This document shows, in pieces, positions 56,392 through 62,893 of a DNA stretch of 64,000 bases; within the stretch, counting starts at the first letter, position 1; each line of letters starts with the position of its first letter. Origin of the DNA: Candidatus Staskawiczbacteria bacterium (GTDB taxonomy: Bacteria > Patescibacteriota > Minisyncoccia > Minisyncoccales > Staskawiczbacteraceae); contig JBAZYR010000006.1 of the NCBI GenBank assembly GCA_041659225.1, forward strand, positions 1,541 through 65,540, written 5' to 3'. The position numbers and the translations under genes are program-made. Under the pieces are notes generated by a model. That model saw nothing but the letters and a program-made list of their open reading frames with translations, searched no databases and was not told the DNA's origin.

Positions 56392-57534
56392 ATGGATAAA
56401 AAAATTTCTACCTCATTTGCTGTATTAGGTATTATTATTTTTTACATTTTGGTCGGTGGTGGCATTTTTTATTCGGTAAAAGACGTGATCAACGAGAGCG
56501 CAGAAGGTAGCTCGGCCACGCCAAATTTAGAAAAATTTTGCTCCGACGCGTCTTACGACGTTCCATATTTTGATTTTTGTCCTTTAATTAAAAGTTTTTT
56601 TGGCAAAGATTATAATTTTTGTGACGACTGTAAAGTTCCTGATTATTCAAAGGGTGAATATAGGCCGGGCCGTTGTAACAACGAAAAAGGAAATTGTATA
56701 TCCATCATTTCCATCGTAAGAAACGATTTGGAGACCTGCGAAGGGCTGCCGTCCCCAACAGCGTGCCTTTCAGGTATCGCTTTCGTGAGGCAGGATGAAA
56801 AAATATGCCAAAAAATTGTAGATGATCAGATTGAATATAACCCGTCCGATCTTTCTGCTCGTGGAGGGTGCATTATGCATATAGCGGTATCTAAAAATGA
56901 TTTGGAAATGTGCGATACGATTCATAGCTCGGGTGATAGGGAAGGCTGCTATGCATTTATTGCGGTCAAGAGAGGCGATCAATCAATCTGCGATAAAATA
57001 ACTACTCACCAGTGGGATATTGATTATTGTTACACTAATCTAAGGAAAAATATCGTTTGGAGCGATAATTTTATATCGCCTAGTTCTTCTTGGATGAACT
57101 ATAAAAACGAAAAGTATGGGTTTGAGATAAAGTATCCTAAGGAGTTAATGTTTACTGACAGGGGAACAGCGATAGCCTGGCAGGGAAATAACTCAATGTT
57201 TGATTTGAGTTTCCTTGATTTGGGGTTAGATATATATGTCATGAGGAAGATAGATTTCCAAGATTTATGTAAAAATAATCTTACAGTGTCTTCTGTTGGT
57301 AGCAATATAACCGCTCTGGAAACATCTGCCGGTAAAATGGGATGGCAAGAAACAGATTACTTTGTTTTGACTAACAAAGACTACGTTTTTTTAATAAGAA
57401 AGGATGAATCATATTCCGGAAATGGGAGATCCTTCATTCCTGATGATAAAAGAGCGGAATTATCAGGAGAGATGATCAAAACATTTAATTTAATCGGCGA
57501 TACCGAAGCTATAAGCTGCAGCGAGGCCAGTTAA
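56392..57534 (+). CDS. Hypothetical membrane-anchored Cys-rich protein
   Basis: TM helix, then repeated C-x-D...C modules, then YKNEKYGFEIKYP (the same motif as in CDS 11575-12828). ATG 56392 is preferred over TTG 56368. Confidence 0.6.
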   Translation: MDKKISTSFAVLGIIIFYILVGGGIFYSVKDVINESAEGSSATPNLEKFCSDASYDVPYFDFCPLIKSFFGKDYNFCDDCKVPDYSKGEYRPGRCNNEKGNCISIISIVRNDLETCEGLPSPTACLSGIAFVRQDEKICQKIVDDQIEYNPSDLSARGGCIMHIAVSKNDLEMCDTIHSSGDREGCYAFIAVKRGDQSICDKITTHQWDIDYCYTNLRKNIVWSDNFISPSSSWMNYKNEKYGFEIKYPKELMFTDRGTAIAWQGNNSMFDLSFLDLGLDIYVMRKIDFQDLCKNNLTVSSVGSNITALETSAGKMGWQETDYFVLTNKDYVFLIRKDESYSGNGRSFIPDDKRAELSGEMIKTFNLIGDTEAISCSEAS

Positions 57535-57537
57535 TGT

Positions 57538-58245
57538 ATGATAATCGGAGGCCTGCAGAAAAATACTCTTATCGACTATCCAGGTAAAATAGCCTGTGTT
57601 ATTTTTACATCCGGCTGCAATTTCTATTGCCCTTGGTGTTATTCGTCAGAACTTGTTGTGCCAGAGAAAATAAAGAGGCACCCGAAGATTGAAGAAAAGG
57701 AAGTACTCAGCTTCTTAAAATCAAGAAAAGGATTATTAGAAGGCGTGGTAATCTGCGGAGGAGAGCCGACGCTTAATAAAGATTTACCCGAGTTTATCAA
57801 AAAGATAAAGAAATTAGGGTTTTCAGTAAAATTGGACACGAACGGCTCTAACCCCCGAATGTTAAAAAGTTTGATTGATAAAAAGTTGGTAAATTACGTG
57901 GCCATGGACATTAAAGGTTCATTCGGCCAAAAGTTCGGGGGAAAGGGTGACTGCAAAATAAATAAATTCGAGAAAGAGATAAAAGAAAGTATCAGGATAT
58001 TAAAAAAATCAAAAATCAGTTTTCAATTCAGAATGACAGTGGTTCCTTCTATACATACGAAAGAGAACATCCTGGAAGCCGTTCAATTAATAAAGGGCCC
58101 GGATATTGTATTTTATCTTCAGAACTTCAGACCAGAAAAAACAATTGATCCGGAATTTGAGAAAATCAGACCGTATCCTGATGAGTGGCTTTTAGATATT
58201 AAAAAGGAGATTTCGCCCTTTTTTAAAATTTGCGAAATAAGGTGA
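57538..58245 (+). CDS. nrdG: Anaerobic RNR activating protein (radical SAM)
   Basis: CNFYCPWCY cluster motif and GVVICGGEPT. Confidence 0.9.
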   Translation: MIIGGLQKNTLIDYPGKIACVIFTSGCNFYCPWCYSSELVVPEKIKRHPKIEEKEVLSFLKSRKGLLEGVVICGGEPTLNKDLPEFIKKIKKLGFSVKLDTNGSNPRMLKSLIDKKLVNYVAMDIKGSFGQKFGGKGDCKINKFEKEIKESIRILKKSKISFQFRMTVVPSIHTKENILEAVQLIKGPDIVFYLQNFRPEKTIDPEFEKIRPYPDEWLLDIKKEISPFFKICEIR

Positions 58246-58264
58246 GGGGTGTTTGCACCTGCGC

Positions 58265-58293
58265 TTGACACAAATGAACACATCTTATATAAT
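58265..58293 (+). promoter_or_regulatory. Consensus promoter of the DGR target gene
   Basis: TTGACA (58265-70), 17 nt spacer, TATAAT (58288-93). The roughly 83-nt 5'UTR has three hairpins (CTAAACA/TGTTTAG, GTTGCGA/TCGCAAC, TCCGC/GCGGA); the last abuts the SD. Confidence 0.6.
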
Positions 58294-58382
58294 ATGCTAA
58301 TACTAAACAGAGTGTTTAGTGGCCCAGTTGCGAGGCATTTCGCAACAGCACATTGTAAATCCGCGTTAAATGCGGAGAAAGG

Positions 58383-59300
58383 ATGATGACGATGGCAACA
58401 TCGATCACATCTGGACAGATTGACCAGGCGACGGATTTGGCACGGGCCAGGATTAGGAAGATGACGGGCGTCTCTTCCGAAGGGTTCCAGCTTTTTCTCG
58501 CAAGAGGCGGAGAGTTCCAGGACGACGTGGAAGCGTCAATCAGGAGGCTGATGCGACGCGATCAATTCGCCGACGAGCAGGTTCTCGCGACCTACGGCTA
58601 CCCCGAGGAATACAAGGGTCCCAAACTCATCGAGGATCAGATCAAGGCATTGGCCTCAATCTGCGACAGCAAAGTCGATCCGAGCTGCGCACTCGCCTTC
58701 GCCAGGAACCTCCCTGACTTAAAGTCCTTCGTGCCGGAAGACGCCCTCGGGTACACTGGCTGGTTCGCCACCCTGTGGGATGAAGCGCTGGTCGCTCTCT
58801 TCCCCGAGGAAACAGACCGTGCTCGTCGTTACTGCCTCGGCGTCAATTTGATGGTCGAGAAGATCGCCTTGACCCGTCCGTTCACGAACTGGAGAAATAA
58901 TCAGATCGACACAGCCCACCTCAGAATCCACCCCCGCACAATGCAGGCGATGGATCAGATCGCCCTGACACAGAGAGGCGGCATCCTTCTTCTCGCCTGC
59001 CAACTCGGGATTCGCCATGGTGGCCGCTCCGTTCGTCGGGCTCGCGAGTTATTCCTTGGCAACGAGTACGGCACAGGCAGCCTCATGGGGACTTCCATCG
59101 TCTACAACCATCCGGAACGCCTCATGCGTTACAAGGAACTGGACATGGATCTTCCCGGAGACGAGTTTTCCGGTGATGGTGACGTCCAGTTCGTCCACGC
59201 TCCGCTCCTCTCCTTCCACGACGGGGCCAGGTTCGACACGAACGCTGTCTCGTACGCTGATGGCGACTTTGGGTCGTCGTCGTTCTTCGTTCCGCAGTAG
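58383..59300 (+). CDS. DGR target (variable) protein, 305 aa, GC-rich, VR at the extreme C-terminus
   Basis: The last 44 codons form the VR. There is no N-terminal signal peptide or TM (MMTMATSITSGQIDQATDLARARIRK...). The C-terminus ...FDTNAVSYADGDFGSSSFFVPQ lacks the GFR/W-rich pattern I associate with C-type-lectin-fold VRs. Confidence 0.85.
   Translation: MMTMATSITSGQIDQATDLARARIRKMTGVSSEGFQLFLARGGEFQDDVEASIRRLMRRDQFADEQVLATYGYPEEYKGPKLIEDQIKALASICDSKVDPSCALAFARNLPDLKSFVPEDALGYTGWFATLWDEALVALFPEETDRARRYCLGVNLMVEKIALTRPFTNWRNNQIDTAHLRIHPRTMQAMDQIALTQRGGILLLACQLGIRHGGRSVRRARELFLGNEYGTGSLMGTSIVYNHPERLMRYKELDMDLPGDEFSGDGDVQFVHAPLLSFHDGARFDTNAVSYADGDFGSSSFFVPQ
59167..59298 (+). repeat. DGR variable repeat (VR)
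   Basis: Aligns without gaps to 59693-59824 (offset 526). There are 18 differences; 17 fall where the TR has A (VR positions 59173, 184, 194, 205, 211, 212, 217, 223, 224, 230, 245, 253, 259, 263, 265, 269, 295) and one is TR-G to VR-T (59185). Confidence 0.9.
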
Positions 59301-59369
59301 TGATTCTCGAAACTTGAACGATTGGTTCTTTTGAATCGTTTTCCCTTGAACTTTTCGTTCGCGACATAT

Positions 59370-59408
59370 GGCGCTGCCTTGCTCCTTGCAGGCAGCGCCT
59401 CTTTTTTT
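59370..59408 (+). terminator. Terminator of the DGR target gene
   Basis: GGCGCTGCC-(12 nt)-GGCAGCGCC followed by TCTTTTTTT. A smaller hairpin, AACGATT-(10 nt)-AATCGTT, lies at 59317-59340 just after the VR. Confidence 0.75.
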
Positions 59409-59692
59409 ACTTTTAGTATTATTTATGTATAATTAAATTGAGATTAGGTTAATGAATAACAGTTCACGGATTGTTATCACCGAACTCTCTTTTCAATGAA
59501 CAACCAGAGTCTTTGCGTTCACGGATGCAAAGAGCGTGTTGCTTGAGGAGATACTGCTTGCCTTATCTATGGCGGGTTTTTTATTTCTAGAATAAAGATG
59601 CCGTCGAATAAAATTCAGGGGGTTGGAGGATATATGTTTCACTAAGGAACGGCAAACCTCTGCTCCTGGTGCAAGGGATGGATAAAGGCATG

Positions 59693-59824
59693 TTTCCGAT
59701 GATGGTGACAGCCAGTTCGACCACGCTCCGATCCTCAACTTCAACGACAAGGCCAAGTTCGACACGAACGATGTCTCGAACGCTAATGACAACTATGGGT
59801 CGTCGTCGTTCTTCGTTCCGAAGT
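59693..59824 (+). repeat. DGR template repeat (TR)
   Basis: Non-coding copy of the VR (in-frame TAA at 59683-85 just upstream, no start codon). It contains 32 A by hand count, 17 of them substituted in the VR. Variable codons in the TR are AAC x4, AAG x3, GAT x2, GAC x2, AAT, AGC, ATC and TAT. The 3' 24 nt GGGTCGTCGTCGTTCTTCGTTCCG are A-free and identical in both copies. Confidence 0.9.
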
Positions 59825-59842
59825 CTCTCCTCTCTAAATGCA

Positions 59843-59869
59843 AAAGGCATTCAAAAAATGAATGCCTTT
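59843..59869. terminator. Bidirectional hairpin between TR (+) and avd (-)
   Basis: AAAGGCATTC-AAAAAAT-GAATGCCTTT (10-bp stem) flanked by A and T runs, 19 nt after the TR and 21 nt after the avd stop. Confidence 0.7.
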
Positions 59870-59889
59870 TGTCTTATTGGATCACCGAC

Positions 59890-60243
59890 TTATCTGTTAA
59901 CGGTGGATCGCAACCACCCACCCAACATCCTCCCTATTTCATCTATAGATTCTTCCAGCAAGGAATACTTTTTAGTGTCGATTACTTTTGTATCTTTCAT
60001 CAACCGGATAAGAATACGAAGGATGTTTAATTTTAAGCTGGTTTTTTCTAATATTGGTGTTTTCTCGAATTTCTGCTTGTAGCTAGCCGATAATATTCCT
60101 TCCAGTATTTCCAGAATTAGGCCATCAGATTTTTGCCAAATTGTATATTTATCTTGCTTCGGAACAGTTGTCCTGAATGCGTAAAACATTTTATACAAGT
60201 CATAGCTTTTTTTGAATATTGGTATATCAAATTCTTCGGTCAT
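59890..60243 (-). CDS. avd: Avd-like four-helix-bundle protein (DGR accessory variability determinant; 23S rRNA-IVS protein family)
   Basis: 117 aa. IPIFKKSYDLYKMFY...PKQDKYTIWQK...LNILRILIRL...IDEIGRMLGGW fits the four-helix-bundle family found next to DGR RTs. It is on the opposite strand to the RT, VR and TR. Confidence 0.8.
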   Translation of the reverse strand: MTEEFDIPIFKKSYDLYKMFYAFRTTVPKQDKYTIWQKSDGLILEILEGILSASYKQKFEKTPILEKTSLKLNILRILIRLMKDTKVIDTKKYSLLEESIDEIGRMLGGWLRSTVNR

Positions 60244-60268
60244 ATTTTTGTATTTAGTTTATATTTTT

Positions 60269-61327
60269 ATGAAAATTTATCGGAATCTATTTAACGATAT
60301 TATTTCTCCAGAGAATTTATTTTCAGCTTGGGATAAATTCAAAAAAGGCAAAAGAGACAGGAAAGACGTTCAGCTGTTTGAGTGGAATCTGGAGACGAAT
60401 ATATTCAACCTGTACCGAGAGTTATCGGGTAAAACTTATAAACATGGGCTCTATCATTCGTTTAAGATTTCTGATCCGAAGCCAAGAAATGTACAAAAGG
60501 CGCAGGTCCGTGACAGGATAGTGCACCATGCGCTTTTCCAAGTAATAAATCCCTTATTTGAAGCTGGTTTTGTCCCCGCATCGTTCTCTTGCCGGGTGGG
60601 GCATGGCACGCACAAGGGCGTCCAATTTTTACAAAATACAATAAGGAAAGCCAGTAAAAATGGTAAGGTTCCATGCTTTGCCCTAAAATGCGATATTAAG
60701 AAGTTTTTCGATACCATTGACCATGATATTTTACTTTCTATTCTAAAAAAGAAAGTAAAAGACAATAGCACAATTTGTCTTTTAGGGGAAATTATATCGA
60801 GTTTCTCGTCTGGGTATCCTATTTTAGGAAAGGATAGAGGAGTGCCAATCGGTAATCTGACTTCTCAACTTTTTGCCAACGTTTATTTAAATGAACTAGA
60901 CCAGTTCCTAAAGCAGGAACTTAAGGTAGGATATTATTTGAGATATACGGATGATTTTTTAATAATTTCGCAAGACAAGAGATATTTAGAGAGAATGATT
61001 CCTGAAATTGTTTCATTTTTACGAGTAAAGTTATTCCTAGAAATACATAAAGAAAAGACTAAAATACTAAAGATCAATCAAGGCATAGATTTTCTCGGTT
61101 ATGTAGTTTTTTTGAGACACAAGCTGGTCAGAACTAGGACGAGGAAAAGAATTGTTAGAAAATTCCAGGGTAGGATCGCTGATTGCCGGAGGGGATTTAT
61201 CTCTAAAAACTCTCTTTCACAATCGCTCCATTCCTACCTAGGGTTTTTCAGTCATGCTAGCAGCTTCAATATCAGCGAAAATTTAAAAAGGCAATTCTTT
61301 TCTTTTTGTGACGAATGGCTATGTTGA
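60269..61327 (+). CDS. DGR-type reverse transcriptase
   Basis: 352 aa from ATG 60269. N-terminal NLFSAWDKFKKGKRDRKDV, the IGNLTSQLFANVYLNELD motif (the DGR-typical I/LGxxxSQ), catalytic YTDD (LRYTDDFLI), thumb region GIDFLGYVV. The track start at 60212 overlaps the avd start and is rejected. Confidence 0.9.
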   Translation: MKIYRNLFNDIISPENLFSAWDKFKKGKRDRKDVQLFEWNLETNIFNLYRELSGKTYKHGLYHSFKISDPKPRNVQKAQVRDRIVHHALFQVINPLFEAGFVPASFSCRVGHGTHKGVQFLQNTIRKASKNGKVPCFALKCDIKKFFDTIDHDILLSILKKKVKDNSTICLLGEIISSFSSGYPILGKDRGVPIGNLTSQLFANVYLNELDQFLKQELKVGYYLRYTDDFLIISQDKRYLERMIPEIVSFLRVKLFLEIHKEKTKILKINQGIDFLGYVVFLRHKLVRTRTRKRIVRKFQGRIADCRRGFISKNSLSQSLHSYLGFFSHASSFNISENLKRQFFSFCDEWLC

Positions 61328-61373
61328 TATTCTGTTGGTTGAAAATAGCGCATATTTCAATTATCATTTGATA

Positions 61374-62876
61374 ATGACTTATTCGAAGGCATTTTTCTAT
61401 TTTTGTTTAAGTTTTATCATAGGTATTTTTATCAGCTCAGTATCCCCTATCCCCACCCTGTATTCATTGGGGATTTTGTTTTTAGGAACAGGCATCTTTT
61501 TCATATTTTTTGGATACAAAAGAGCCACAATCTTTACTATTTGTCTCCTTTTCGCTTTCTTAGGAATTTTGCATTACCAAACAGCCAATTTTAATATTAG
61601 GAACAATGAGCTAAGGCAGTATAACGAGCAAAAGGTAATTATAGTCGGTAAAATTTTAACTGAACCGGATGTAAGGGAAAATTATGTCCAGCTGACGGTT
61701 AACAGCGAGAAAATAGTTGTTGGCGAGAAAATAGTGCCGATTTCCGGTAAATTTCTGATTACAACATCTAAATATCCCGCGTATAACTATGCTGATACTT
61801 TAATGTTCGAAGGGCTGCTGAAAACACCAGAACAATTCGAGGATTTCAACTATAAAGACTATTTAGCTAAGAAGGGGATTTCTTCGTTGATGGATCGGCC
61901 CAGCATTGAAGTAATTGTTCAGAGAAATTATTCGAGTTGGTGGCAGATGGGTTATGCGCAGATTTTAAGGCTTAAGAACAATATCAGAAAAAATATCAAT
62001 CAATATTTCTCGTTCCCCGGGAATACGCTTCTTGCAGCTGCGCTTTTGGGAGATCAGTCTGCAATGCCGCAAGCTCTAAAAGAGAAGTTAAATATCACTG
62101 GGCTCCGCCATATTACAGCCATATCGGGAATGAATATATCAATATTATGCGGCATCTTGATGTCTTTATTGCTGGGAATTGGTTTTTGGCGCGGCCAAGC
62201 GTTTTGGATTTCCTTGCTATCAATCTTTATATTTGTCGTTATGATCGGCTTCCAAGCGTCAATTATTCGAGCGGGAATCATGGGTGCGATTTTTCTTTTG
62301 GGGCAGAAAGTGGGTAGAATGTCTGTAAGTTCTCGCGCCATAGTAATAACAGCAGCTATAATGTTAGCCTTAAACCCCCTGCTTCTGATGGGAGATGTTG
62401 GGTTCCAGCTTTCCTTTTTGGCTATGCTAGGGATAATTTATTTAACTCCTTTGTTCGAGGAATTATTTAAATTTATCCCGAAGGATAAATTCTTAGGTTT
62501 AAGGGGAATAATTGCTACAACGCTTGCAGCCCAGGTTTTTACTTTGCCCATTCTGATTTACAACTTTGGCAGGATCTCCTGGATTTCTCTTTTCACAAAT
62601 ATTCTAATTTTACCCATTATTTATTGGGTGATGATATTTGGGTTCCTTTTTGCAATATGTAGTGTTATTTACAGCGGATTAGGCTGGGTTTTCTTTTTAC
62701 CCTGCTGGTTCTTAATATCTTACTCAATGAAGGTTATTAACATTTTTTCCCAGCCCTGGGCAGCGAAAACAGTGGAAAATATTCATTGGATTTGGCTGGT
62801 AATCTTCTATATCCTCCTCGGATTTTTTCTTGTTTGGTTGTGGAGAAGAAAGAGATTAAAGTTTTTAGAATTTTAA
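61374..62876 (+). CDS. comEC: ComEC/Rec2 family competence channel protein
   Basis: Polytopic protein with GLRHITAISGMNISIL and FQLSFLAM motifs. ATG 61374 is preferred; the alternative GTG 61308 would overlap the RT 3' end by 20 nt. Confidence 0.8.
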   Translation: MTYSKAFFYFCLSFIIGIFISSVSPIPTLYSLGILFLGTGIFFIFFGYKRATIFTICLLFAFLGILHYQTANFNIRNNELRQYNEQKVIIVGKILTEPDVRENYVQLTVNSEKIVVGEKIVPISGKFLITTSKYPAYNYADTLMFEGLLKTPEQFEDFNYKDYLAKKGISSLMDRPSIEVIVQRNYSSWWQMGYAQILRLKNNIRKNINQYFSFPGNTLLAAALLGDQSAMPQALKEKLNITGLRHITAISGMNISILCGILMSLLLGIGFWRGQAFWISLLSIFIFVVMIGFQASIIRAGIMGAIFLLGQKVGRMSVSSRAIVITAAIMLALNPLLLMGDVGFQLSFLAMLGIIYLTPLFEELFKFIPKDKFLGLRGIIATTLAAQVFTLPILIYNFGRISWISLFTNILILPIIYWVMIFGFLFAICSVIYSGLGWVFFLPCWFLISYSMKVINIFSQPWAAKTVENIHWIWLVIFYILLGFFLVWLWRRKRLKFLEF

Positions 62877-62893
62877 TGTATAATAGAAGCATT

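Larger units (their letters stand above)
58265..61327 (+). mobile_element. Diversity-generating retroelement (DGR): target/VR, TR, avd (antisense), RT
   Basis: A VR/TR pair with adenine-specific mismatches, plus a four-helix-bundle Avd-like gene and a DGR-type reverse transcriptase. See the component features. Confidence 0.9.

Noticed and set aside
58383-59300. Idea that the GC-richness of the cassettes results from cumulative adenine-specific (DGR-like) mutagenesis
   Set aside because: A hand count of the first 110 nt of the target gene gives about 25% A on the sense strand, with no A-versus-T asymmetry. Outside the VR there is no A depletion.
59598-59645. 15-codon ORF (MPSNKIQGVGGYMFH) and the 15/16-codon MNN... 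ORFs at 59452-59547 as real peptide genes
   Set aside because: They have no or badly spaced SDs and lie within the presumed non-coding TR transcript. They are reported only as sequence features of the leader.
59017-60082. Track ORFs 59017-59334 (+, 105 aa) and 59669-60082 (+, 137 aa), which share a Ser/Thr/Arg-rich peptide (VTSSSSTLRSS...GRRRSSFRS versus VTASSTTLRSS...GRRRSSFRS)
   Set aside because: They are the same off-frame reading of the VR and the TR. The similarity is what exposed the repeat, but the real VR frame is that of CDS 58383-59300, and the TR has an in-frame stop just upstream and no start.
60212-60268. Upstream start (60212) for the reverse transcriptase
   Set aside because: It would overlap the avd start on the other strand and add a hydrophobic junk N-terminus. 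The conserved RT N-terminus begins at the ATG at 60269.
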